From Alphaproteobacteria bacterium (GTDB lineage: Bacteria > Pseudomonadota > Alphaproteobacteria > GCA-2731375), in the NCBI GenBank assembly GCA_965225945.1, contig CBDDBZ010000033.1, positions 224,001-288,000 of the forward strand: a stretch of DNA of 64,000 bases. Direction: 5' to 3'. Below the pieces are notes generated by a model that ran no database searches, was not told the origin of the DNA, and saw nothing but the letters and a program-made list of their open reading frames with translations. How positions within the stretch are numbered: position 1 is the first letter of the stretch; each line of letters starts with the position of its first letter. This document shows positions 22,576 through 32,138 of the stretch, in pieces. The position numbers were made by a program, and so were the translations under genes.

Positions 22576-23241
22576 ATGATCGCCATCGACATCATCTCCG
22601 ACACCGTCTGCCCCTGGTGCTATATCGGCAAGCGACGCCTGGAGCGAGCGCTCGCCGCTCGCCCGAACCATGACTTCAAGATCGACTGGCGGCCGTTCCA
22701 ACTGAACCCGGATTTACCGTCCGCCGGCATGGACCGATCGCGCTATCTGGAACTGAAATTCGGCGGCAAGGATCGCGCGAGCCAGATTTACGATCGGGTG
22801 CGGGAAGCCGGCGCGAGCGAGGCCATCTCCTTCGACTTCGAGGCCATCGTGCGGCAGCCGAATACCGTCGATTCCCATCGGCTGACGGGCGAGAGGGGTG
22901 TCCAAGACGCGCTGGTCGAGGACCTGTTCCAGCGCTATTTCCTGAGGGGCGAGAACATCGGTGATCGCGATGTCCTGCTCGAGGCGGCGGAGGCGGCCGG
23001 GATGGACCGGGAGGTCGTGCGCGAAAAACTGACCGCCGGGGAGGACACGGACAGCGTGCGCCTCGAGGAACAGACCGCGCGGCGCATCGGCGTCACGGGT
23101 GTTCCCTGCTTCATCATCGGCGGCAAATACACCGTCTCCGGTGCACAGGACCCCACCGTGTTGGTCAATATGATCGATCTCGCTCAGGGCGACGACAACG
23201 CCGGCGTTCAGGCCGCCGAGGGGGGCGCCGCCGAGGCCTGA
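22576..23241 (+). CDS. DsbA/FrnE family oxidoreductase
   Basis: SDTVCPWCYIG, PFQLNP, GVTGVPCF, SGAQ. Confidence 0.92.
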   Translation: MIAIDIISDTVCPWCYIGKRRLERALAARPNHDFKIDWRPFQLNPDLPSAGMDRSRYLELKFGGKDRASQIYDRVREAGASEAISFDFEAIVRQPNTVDSHRLTGERGVQDALVEDLFQRYFLRGENIGDRDVLLEAAEAAGMDREVVREKLTAGEDTDSVRLEEQTARRIGVTGVPCFIIGGKYTVSGAQDPTVLVNMIDLAQGDDNAGVQAAEGGAAEA

Positions 23242-26200
23242 GCGATTCCGGCCAGGCGGACCAGCAGGTCGCGCGCCCCGCGCAATCGCAATTCCGGCGT
23301 TTCCCACTGTCTCCTGAAGACCAATCGGTGGTCGGGCCGGAGCTTGGCAGTGCCCGCCTGGGAATTGATGAAGGCGACCAGGCCCGCCAGGTTCGCATAG
23401 TCGTTGTCGCGGAAGGCGACGGTGGCGCCACCCGGCCCCGCCTCCAGCTTCTCGATATTGGCCTCGCGGCAGAGCCGCTTCATCTCGACCACCTCGATCA
23501 GATGCGAGACCTCCCGCGGCAATGGGCCGAAGCGGTCCACCAGCTCGGCCGCGAAGGCATCGATCTCGGCGGCTTCCCGCAATCGGCCCAGGCGGCGGTA
23601 GAGGCCGAGGCGGAGATCGAGATCGGCGACGTAATCGCCGGGGATCAGCACCGCCATGCCGAGGGCGATCTGTGGCGACCAATCGCCACGCTCGACCTCG
23701 TCCATCCCCTCGCCATCGCGCGCGCGGGCCACCGCCTCCTCCAGCAATTGCTGGTAGAGCTCGAGCCCGACTTCCTTGATATGGCCAGACTGCTCCTCGC
23801 CCAAGAGATTGCCGGCGCCGCGAATGTCGAGGTCGTGGCTCGCCAGAGAGAAGCCGGCGCCGAGCGTGTCGAGCGCCTGCAGGACCTTCAGGCGTTTCAT
23901 CGCGTTGGCGCTGGGGGCGCGGCGAGGCGGCAGGGTGAAGTAGGAATAGGCCCGCTTCTTGGCCCGCCCGATGCGGCCGCGCAACTGATAGAGCTGGGCC
24001 AGGCCGAACATGTCGGCGCGGTGCACGACGAGGGTGTTGGCGTTGGGAATATCCAGCCCCGATTCGATGATCGTGGTGGTGACCAATACATCGAACGCAC
24101 CGTCGTAGAAGGCGCTCATCACCTCCTCGAGCTCGCCCCCCGACAGCCGCCCATGCGCGGTCACGAACTTCACCTCGGGGATGTTGTCGCGGAGGAAGGT
24201 GGCGGCGTCGGGAAGGTCCTGGATGCGGGGGCAGACGTAGAAGCTCTGTCCGCCGCGATAGTGCTCTCGAAGGATCGCCTCGCGCACGATCACCGGATCG
24301 AACGGCAGGACGAAGGTCCGGACCGCCAGGCGGTCGACCGGTGGCGTCGCGATCAGGCTCAACTCCTTCACGCCGCTCATCGCCAGTTGCAGCGTCCTGG
24401 GGATCGGCGTCGCGGTGAGGGTCAGGACGTGGACGTCCTCCCGCAGTTGCTTCAGCCGTTCCTTGTGCTTGACCCCGAAGTGTTGCTCCTCGTCGACGAT
24501 CAGCAGCTCGAGAGCCTTGAAGCGGATACGCTTGGCGAGCAACGCGTGGGTGCCGATCACGATATCGACGCGACCGCTCTCCATGTCCGCCCGCGTCGCC
24601 GCCGCGTCCTTGGTGGCGACCAGGCGGGACAGTTGACGGATCTCCACCGCGGAATCGCGAAAACGCTCCGCGAAGGTCTCGAAGTGTTGGCGCGCCAACA
24701 GCGTCGTCGGCGTCACCACCGCGACTTGGCCCCCGGCCATCACCGTGGCGAAGGCGCTTCGAAGTGCTACCTCGGTCTTGCCGAAGCCGACGTCGCCGCA
24801 GATCAGGCGGTCCATCGGCCGGCCGGCCGCCAGGTCGGCCATCACGTCCTCGATCGCGCGGCTCTGATCCTCCGTCTCCTCGAAGGGGAAGCGGGCGCAG
24901 AATGTGGCGTAGAGCGGATCGTCCGCGTCGATCTTGGGCGCGGACTTGAGCGCACGGGCCGACGCCACCTTGATCAAGGCCTCCGCCATGTCCTCGAGGC
25001 GAGACTTCAGCCGGGCCTTGCGCGCCTGCCAACCGGCACCGCCCAGGCGGTCGAGGGCGACGCCCGCCTGCTCCGAGCCGTAGCGGGACAGCATCTCGAT
25101 GTTGACCACCGGAAGGTAGAGCTTGTCGCCGCCGTCGTAGCGCAGGTGCAGGCAATCGTGCGGCGCGCCGCCGACGTCGATCGTCAACAGCCCTTCATAG
25201 CGAGCGATCCCATGTTCCGCGTGGACCACCAAGTCGCCGACGCCGAGCTCGGTGGCGCTGGTCAGGAATTCTTCCGCCCGGCGCGATCGCCGGCCGGCGC
25301 GGCGCATGCGATCGCCCAGAATGTCCTGCTCGCCGACGACGACCAGATCGTCGGTCTCGAAGCCGTGCTCCAGCGCCAGCACGATCAACGCCAGCCGGCC
25401 TCGCGCCAGGCCCGCCAGCGCCGGGCCGTCCGCGACCACGCTCGCGTCGTCGATCTCGTAATCCCCGAGCAGCGTCGCCAAACGGTCCGCCGAGCCGGGG
25501 GAGTAAGCGGCGATGGCGACCCGGCGCCCAGCCGATACATGGGCTCGAAGGTGATCGCGAAGGGCGCCGAAGACGTCGAGCCCGTCGTGCTGCCGCTCGG
25601 CGGCAAAATCGCGCCCGCGCCGGCCACCGAGGTCGATCACGCTCTCCGACGGCGGCGCCCGAAACGGCGTCAGGGCCAGCGCGGCGCGCGCCGCCAACAC
25701 CTCGTCCCACTCGCCCTGGCGGAGATAGAGTCGCTCCGACGGCAGCGGATTGTAAGGCGGCGCCTCGTCACCGCGCTGGGCGACATGGTCCTTGCGGGCT
25801 TCGAAATGTTCCTCGATCTGCGACAGGCGGGCGACGACCGCTTCCTCCACCAGGGGGTCGAGAGCGATCCGTGCCTCCGGGAGGAAATCGAACAGGCTTT
25901 CCAGCCCCTCGTGGAACAGCGGCAACCAGTGCTCCATTCCAATGTGACGGCGGCCGGCGCTGACTCCGTGATAGAGCAGGTCCTCCCCGGTCACGGCGCC
26001 GAAGGCGCGGCGATAGCCGGCGCGAAAGCGGTCGATCGAGGCCTGGTCGAGCGAGACCTCGGATACCGGTCCCAAGCGAAATTCCACGGCCTTGCCGGTG
26101 GTGCGCTGGGTCAGCGGATCGAAGAGGCGGATACTCTCCAACTCGTCGCCGAAGAAGTCGAGCCGCATCGGCGCCTCGCCCCCCGGTGGAAAGATGTCCA

Positions 26201-26714
26201 GCAGGCCGCCCCGCTGGGCGAATTCTCCCGGCTCCATCACCGTGCCGGATCGCGAATAGCCGTTTCGCGCCAGAAACGCGCCCAGGGCGTCGAGCGAGAC
26301 CGCGCCCGCGATCCGGCCCTCGAACACCGTGCCGGCGAAGCTCGCCCGCATCGGAACCCGTTGCAGGGCGGCGCTGACGGTGGTGACGAGGATGTGCGGA
26401 CGCCCGGCGCCCGCCCCGGGCTCGGCCAGGCGCGAGAGCATGTCGGCGCGCCTGGCCGCCACCTCCGCGTTGGGCGAGGCGCGATCGTAGGGCAGGCAGT
26501 CCCACGCCGGAAAGCACCAGACCTCGAGCCCGGGATCGAAGAAGGCGAGCGCCTCGGCGAGCGCCATCATCCGTCCCTCGTCCCGCGCGACGTGGAGCAG
26601 ACCACCGTCGAGCCGGCGGGCGAGGCCTGCGAGAAATTGCGCGTCGACCCCCTCCGGCGCGCCGGCGAGCGTCAGGCGCCCAGGCGCGCCGACAACCTGC
26701 TCGATTCCGTTCAT
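23208..26714 (-). CDS. mfd: Transcription-repair coupling factor
   Basis: CGDVGFGKTEVA, DEEQHFG, TATPIPRT, QLRGRIGR, TRCF C-terminus; ATG at 26714 chosen as start. Confidence 0.97.
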   Translation of the reverse strand: MNGIEQVVGAPGRLTLAGAPEGVDAQFLAGLARRLDGGLLHVARDEGRMMALAEALAFFDPGLEVWCFPAWDCLPYDRASPNAEVAARRADMLSRLAEPGAGAGRPHILVTTVSAALQRVPMRASFAGTVFEGRIAGAVSLDALGAFLARNGYSRSGTVMEPGEFAQRGGLLDIFPPGGEAPMRLDFFGDELESIRLFDPLTQRTTGKAVEFRLGPVSEVSLDQASIDRFRAGYRRAFGAVTGEDLLYHGVSAGRRHIGMEHWLPLFHEGLESLFDFLPEARIALDPLVEEAVVARLSQIEEHFEARKDHVAQRGDEAPPYNPLPSERLYLRQGEWDEVLAARAALALTPFRAPPSESVIDLGGRRGRDFAAERQHDGLDVFGALRDHLRAHVSAGRRVAIAAYSPGSADRLATLLGDYEIDDASVVADGPALAGLARGRLALIVLALEHGFETDDLVVVGEQDILGDRMRRAGRRSRRAEEFLTSATELGVGDLVVHAEHGIARYEGLLTIDVGGAPHDCLHLRYDGGDKLYLPVVNIEMLSRYGSEQAGVALDRLGGAGWQARKARLKSRLEDMAEALIKVASARALKSAPKIDADDPLYATFCARFPFEETEDQSRAIEDVMADLAAGRPMDRLICGDVGFGKTEVALRSAFATVMAGGQVAVVTPTTLLARQHFETFAERFRDSAVEIRQLSRLVATKDAAATRADMESGRVDIVIGTHALLAKRIRFKALELLIVDEEQHFGVKHKERLKQLREDVHVLTLTATPIPRTLQLAMSGVKELSLIATPPVDRLAVRTFVLPFDPVIVREAILREHYRGGQSFYVCPRIQDLPDAATFLRDNIPEVKFVTAHGRLSGGELEEVMSAFYDGAFDVLVTTTIIESGLDIPNANTLVVHRADMFGLAQLYQLRGRIGRAKKRAYSYFTLPPRRAPSANAMKRLKVLQALDTLGAGFSLASHDLDIRGAGNLLGEEQSGHIKEVGLELYQQLLEEAVARARDGEGMDEVERGDWSPQIALGMAVLIPGDYVADLDLRLGLYRRLGRLREAAEIDAFAAELVDRFGPLPREVSHLIEVVEMKRLCREANIEKLEAGPGGATVAFRDNDYANLAGLVAFINSQAGTAKLRPDHRLVFRRQWETPELRLRGARDLLVRLAGIAQASAAPPSAA

Positions 26715-27330
26715 ACCAACCGCCAAAAATGGCGACTCCCCGGCCGCCCCGCTCCCGGTTTTCTCCCCTGGCCAAACCCCATAGGATAATTCCGACGGCC
26801 GCTCTCCCGCGTGTTTCATTGGAGAGCGGCCGTGGTTGAGTATGTCGGAGGGAACGAATCGAGGGAAGAGACGGCGAATTGCATCAAGGACGCGTCGGGC
26901 GCGGTGTTGTATCGGGCAAGGTGGCGAGGAGGTCGACGAGAGAATTGGAATGAAAAGCCGTGTTGGCTCGGCGCGAGACGACACCCCCGAGGCCAGGGCC
27001 GGCGATCCGAGCGGGCTCGGGTTCACCAAGGGCAAGGGGCCGCCTTCCCCTCTCCGCCACCGTCGCTCGCCGGGCTAAGTTGCGCGGTCGTTCGAACCCC
27101 GATCTAATGTTCGATATAGTTCGGCGGACGCGACCGTCGACGCCATGGGAACCTGTCCTGGAGCGAGAGAACCATGAGCGATCGCCCGCTTGAGGATAAG
27201 GTCTCGATGTCGGCGGGGGAGAAATGAGGCGTGGCCGCGCAATGGTGACGGTTCGGCTAGCCACGATCCTACTCGCCTGGTGCCTGTCGTTCGCGAGGTC
27301 GAGAAATAGTGTACTCTCCCCCGAAACGGC

Positions 27331-27459
27331 GAATTGAAACGCCGCGAGCAGGAACTGGCGGAGAAGGAAGCGCAACTCCGGGTCGCGCTGGACAATATGC
27401 TGGGCGGCATGATGCTTGGCGATCGAGAGCTCGACTGGGTGCTCTTCATTGCGCAGTAA
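27331..27459 (+). pseudogene. Orphan PAS/coiled-coil sensor fragment
   Basis: Reads ELKRREQELAEKEAQLRVALDNMLGGMMLGDRELDWVLF, resembling [30 protein letters not shown] in the kinase near 31545. Confidence 0.6.
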
Positions 27460-27594
27460 AGCGGGTTGCACGATTGCGATGGCGTTGACGCCAGCCGTCG
27501 TGGATATTCGAGGTTCGAGGATAATTTTATCGCCTGCGGGTACGACGTGTAAGTCGCGAATCTGAGGGAGGAACGAACGAGGGAGAATTGAACG

Positions 27595-28375
27595 ATGCGT
27601 CGCATGCTGACCTGCTTGGTCGCTTCATGGATCTTAATCCTCGGTTGTGGCGTGGCTGCCGCGCAGACGTCGAAGACCATCCGCCTGACCAACGGCGAGT
27701 GGCAGCCCTATCTCTCGAAGGACACGCTGCACTACGAGTACGCTTCGCACATCGTCACCGAGGCCTTTGCCCTCGTCGGCGTCGAGGTCGAAAACGGTTT
27801 CTTCCCATGGAAGCGGTCGTTCAAACTCGTAAAGGAAGGAACTTGGGACGGCACCGTGGTCTGGCTCTACACCGACGAGCGCCGAGAGCATTTTCTTTAC
27901 TCGCAAGGGGTCGTCCAAACGAAGTATGCGTTCTTCTATCTGAAAGGTTCCGATTTCGATTGGAATAGCTACGAGGGATTGAGAGGCATCCGTATTGGCG
28001 GGACGTTGCAATACACATATGGCGAGGGATTTGACGCCGCAGAGAAGGCCGGCATTATCAATACGAATCGGGCGCCAAGCGACGAAATCGGACTCAAGAA
28101 GCTGCTGAAGGGCCGAATCGAAGCGTTTCCCGGCGAGGTCAAGGTGACCTACGCGCAGATTCGCGACACCTTCTCCCAGGAGGACGCGGCGTTGTTCACG
28201 CACCACCCCAAAGCCATAAACGAGGCCCCGATGCACCTCTTGCTGAGCAAAAATGTCGCGGGGAACGAGGCGATGCGCGATCTGTTCAACGAAGGACTGA
28301 AGCGCCTCAAGGTAAAGCGGGCGGTATGACCAGATCATCGCCGACGCTCTGGCCGGCAAGTACGCCAAGCCGTGA
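27595..28375 (+). CDS. Family-3 periplasmic solute-binding protein; probable frameshift near 28313
   Basis: Signal peptide, GEWQPY, PWKR; the expected tail SGRYDQIIADALAGKYAKP* is in another frame ending at 28375, while the ORF stops at 28329. Confidence 0.75.
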
Positions 28376-28380
28376 CGAGG

Positions 28381-28629
28381 CGCGAGAAGAGACATATCAA
28401 GCGGATAACTGGCGCGGCTCTCATGTAGCGCGTCGTGATCGTGATCTCAATGGGGGTGCGAAACATGATTAGAGAGTCCGGCTTTCTTTCGTTCAACACG
28501 ATCCGGGCAAAGTTTCTCGCGAGAAGAGACATATCAAGCGGATAACTGGCGCGGCTCTCATGTAGCGCGTCGTGATCGTGATCTCAATGGGGGTGCGAAA
28601 CATGATTAGAGAGTCCGGCTTTCTTTCGT
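28381..28629. repeat. 112-bp direct repeat (28381-28492 and 28518-28629)
   Basis: Identical copies CGCGAGAAGAG...CTTTCTTTCGT separated by 25 bp. Confidence 0.95.
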
Positions 28630-29077
28630 CATCCCGCTTGTGTTGCTTTCGACGATCGCCGTCTTCGGGCTGTTCGAGTTCGATGCCCGCCGGGACGCAA
28701 ACCGCATGCTTCAGGACAAGCTCGACAAGCTGGTCGCCATCCAGAGCGCGGTGGTCGCCAAATCGCTGTGGAACGTCGCCGACGAGCAGATCAAGTTGAT
28801 TCCTTGCCTATCCGGTTATCACCCACACCCACTATATGTAGTGTGCACCCATTTTCCTGAGTAAAGCTCGGTGCAGGTCGAAGCGGAGATATCTCCGGCG
28901 ATGCCGAGCAGGGACTCGGACGGCATTGTAGCGCCTTTTAGGCGACACTTTAGCGTGGTGGAAATCCTAATCATTGAGTCGGATTTGGCAAAACGCCACG
29001 TTGCATAAAGGACCGTCACTTCATTGAAATTTATCTGAAATCGGAGGTGAACGACACCGATGGAATATTCCAGGAAA

Positions 29078-29386
29078 TCAGAGCTTCATTGAATTGTAGG
29101 ATTCGAGTGCCGGATTATTCACAAATAGCTCTGTGAACTGGTTTTCAAGTTCGCTCAATACGTCATATGAAGTAAACGGATTGAGGATCACGTTCTTGCG
29201 TGTCGCTTCGTCTTCGCTGCGACTCAAAACGCGCAGGAGACTAACAGGCGCGGACGGGTTCTTCGCAACGATTCGTGCCAGCGCGTCGCTTTCTTCGACT
29301 AGTGCCGTCAATCGCTCAGACGATGTCGTTTCATCAGCAGCTTCCCGTCTGGCCGTGGGTTTCTTCGTTTTTCCCTTGGTCGCCAC
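29078..29386 (-). CDS. Small leucine-rich-variant (LRV)/HEAT-like repeat protein, copy 1
   Basis: 102 aa with recurring VAKNPSAP / VILNPFTS / FVNNPAL units. Confidence 0.6.
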   Translation of the reverse strand: MATKGKTKKPTARREAADETTSSERLTALVEESDALARIVAKNPSAPVSLLRVLSRSEDEATRKNVILNPFTSYDVLSELENQFTELFVNNPALESYNSMKL

Positions 29387-29556
29387 CGTTCCGTCCCCCG
29401 ATGTTAAGTACGTGACGTGAATTAAACTCCGGTTCGGTTTTCAGAACAATCAAGAATTAGCCGGATCGCCTCCTCAATGCGCCTGCGCCGGCCCTTGCCT
29501 GCAGTCCAAGGAGACACACTACATATAGTGGGTGTGGGTGATAACCGGATAGGCAA

Positions 29557-29850
29557 GGCTTCAACCTCGAAGACACCCACATGACCGACCCGGAGCGCAT
29601 CTCCAAGCTCACCGCCGTCCTTTCCATCACCTTCTGCTGGGCGCACAAAGTCGGCGATTGGCTCCACGAGGCCGAGCCGATCCGCCTCAAAACCCACAAA
29701 AGGATGGCAAAATCCATCTTCCGATACGGTTTCGAGTGGATAAGGCGACAGCTCGTCAATCCTATCGACAGGCGTCAAGCCATTGAGCTGATTCGTTTCC
29801 TCGTCCCCGGAAAACCACCAGTCCAGGTGCCCAGGCCAAAGCCAGCATGA
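29557..29850 (+). pseudogene. IS4-family transposase C-terminal fragment
   Basis: GFNLEDTHMTDPERISKL...FCWAH...SIFRYG; 5' end cut at the cassette TIR. Confidence 0.75.
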
Positions 29851-30129
29851 ACGAGTCGTGTACTGTGCAATCTGACATTAAGTGCACTGTCACCTAATGC
29901 TGTCGATCACCGATTGAGCAACCTGATGTGTGGAAATTCGGAACGCCGTTGATCAGTCCTTGCCTATCCGGTTATCACCCACACCCACTATATGTAGTGT
30001 GTCTCCTTGGACTGCAGGCAAGGGCCGGCGCAGGCGCATTGAGGAGGCGATCCGGCTAATTCTTGATTGTTCTGAAAACCGAACCGGAGTTTAATTCACG
30101 TCACGTACTTAACATCGGGGGACGGAACG

Positions 30130-30438
30130 GTGGCGACCAAGGGAAAAACGAAGAAACCCACGGCCAGACGGGAAGCTGCTGATGAAACGACATCGTCTGA
30201 GCGATTGACGGCACTAGTCGAAGAAAGCGACGCGCTGGCACGAATCGTTGCGAAGAACCCGTCCGCGCCTGTTAGTCTCCTGCGCGTTTTGAGTCGCAGC
30301 GAAGACGAAGCGACACGCAAGAACGTGATCCTCAATCCGTTTACTTCATATGACGTATTGAGCGAACTTGAAAACCAGTTCACAGAGCTATTTGTGAATA
30401 ATCCGGCACTCGAATCCTACAATTCAATGAAGCTCTGA
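30130..30438 (+). CDS. Small LRV/HEAT-like repeat protein, copy 2
   Basis: Translation identical to copy 1; GTG start after GGGGGA. Confidence 0.6.
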   Translation: MATKGKTKKPTARREAADETTSSERLTALVEESDALARIVAKNPSAPVSLLRVLSRSEDEATRKNVILNPFTSYDVLSELENQFTELFVNNPALESYNSMKL

Positions 30439-32107
30439 TTTCCTGGAATATTCCATCGGTGTCGTTCACCTCCGATTTCAGATAAATTTCAATGAAGTGA
30501 CGGTCCTTTATGCAACGTGGCGTTTTGCCAAATCCGACTCAATGATTAGGATTTCCACCACGCTAAAGTGTCGCCTAAAAGGCGCTACAATGCCGTCCGA
30601 GTCCCTGCTCGGCATCGCCGGAGATATCTCCGCTTCGACCTGCACCGAGCTTTACTCAGGAAAATGGGTGCACACTACATATAGTGGGTGTGGGTGATAA
30701 CCGGATAGGTAAGGTTGATTCTCGCCGCGCTGGCCATCGATCCCGACGTCGAGAGCGCCGCCGTATACGACGAGCGGGACCAGCTCGTCGGCTTTACCGG
30801 ATCGGCCGATGAGATCGAGACACGGCCGTTCTTCGCGTCGAAAGAGATCGTCTACGTCTATGACGAGAAGCCCGAGGTCATCGGCCGGCTGACGGTTGCC
30901 TTGACCGACGCGCGTCTGCAATCCGCCGCACGGGAGCGCATGTTCCTGGCCGGCGTTTTGGCGGCCATTCTCATCGTCTCGGTCGTGTTCAGCGCGTTGC
31001 TCGGCAACCGTCGCACGATCGGCATCCCGCTCGAGCGGCTGCTCGCCTCGATCGACCGTTCGCGCGAGGGCGGCAAACGCCAAGCCGTCGATTGGCGGAG
31101 CAACGACGAGATCGGCGCCGTGGTCTCGGCGTTCAACGAGATGCAGGAACGCCAAAAGGCTTACGAGCAGGATCTCGAGGCAACGCGCGACATGCTCGAG
31201 CGCCGCGTCGAGGAGCGCACCCGCGAGCTCGCCCATCTCGCCCGGTTCCCGTCCGAGGACCCGAGCCCGGTGCTCAGGGTGATGCCCGACGGCGCCGTGC
31301 TCTACGCCAACGATGCCGCGATTGCGGTCAATGGGCTGCTCGAGGGAGGCAGGAAGTCGACGCTCCCGCGCGACCTCGCCGGGGTTTGTGCCGAGGCGTC
31401 TCGCACCGCCGAGGTCCGGGAGAGCGAGTTCGAAAGCGGCGATTGCGTCTTCGCCTTGTCGATCGCACCGGTCGCCGACGAGTCCTACATCAATATTTAC
31501 GGCCGCGACATCACCGAACGCAAACGGGCGGAAGCGGACCTGTCCGAGAAGGAAGCCCAACTCCGTCTGACGCTGAACCGTATGCCCGGCGGCATAAGGC
31601 TTGTCGATAAGGACAGAAATTACGTATTATTCAACTCGCGATACTCCGAATTGTACGATTTTCCCGAAGGACTTCTCAAAGTCGGCGATTCCAGCCGTGT
31701 CGAGAATCTTTACCAGGCCCGACGCGGCGACTTCGGCGACGGCGATCCGGAGACGCTGGTCGATGAATGGCGAAACGAAATTCCGGTGCAAACCGAACCC
31801 GCGAGTTGGGAACGAAGAACGGTTGGCGGGAAAACGCTTCGGGTCCGCACGGCACCAACGCCGGATGGCGGTTTCGTGAATATTGTTACCGACATCACCG
31901 CGCACAAGCGCGCCGAGGAAGCGTCGCGCGAGGCGCGCGACTCCGCCGAATTGGCGACGCAGGCCAAGGCGGCGTTCCTCGCCACAATGAGCCATGAGAT
32001 CCGCACGCCCATGAACGGCGTCATCGGCATGGTCGACCTGCTGCGCCGGACCACGCTGGATGATGATCAACGCCAGATGATGACGACCGTGCGCGAATCG
32101 GCGTATT

Positions 32108-32138
<31 letters not shown>

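Larger units (their letters stand above)
28802..30714. mobile_element. Non-autonomous composite element: two inverted 757-bp TIR-bounded cassettes around ~400 bp of cargo, with TSD TTGATT
   Basis: Arms 28802-29558 and 29958-30714; four copies of the ~44-bp TIR CCTT(G/A)CCTATCCGGTTATCACCCACACCCACTATATGTAGTGTG; TTGATT at 28796-28801 and 30715-30720. Confidence 0.9.

Noticed and set aside
23328-26789. Very long antisense ORFs (here and at 1972-3900, 44309-46744 and elsewhere)
   Set aside because: Shadow frames of real high-GC genes with no recognisable motifs.
29133-30697. Antisense and short ORFs of the cassette (95, 66, 100 and 118 aa) as a transposase
   Set aside because: No DDE or HUH motifs; they are shadows of the LRV-like ORF or run across the TIRs.
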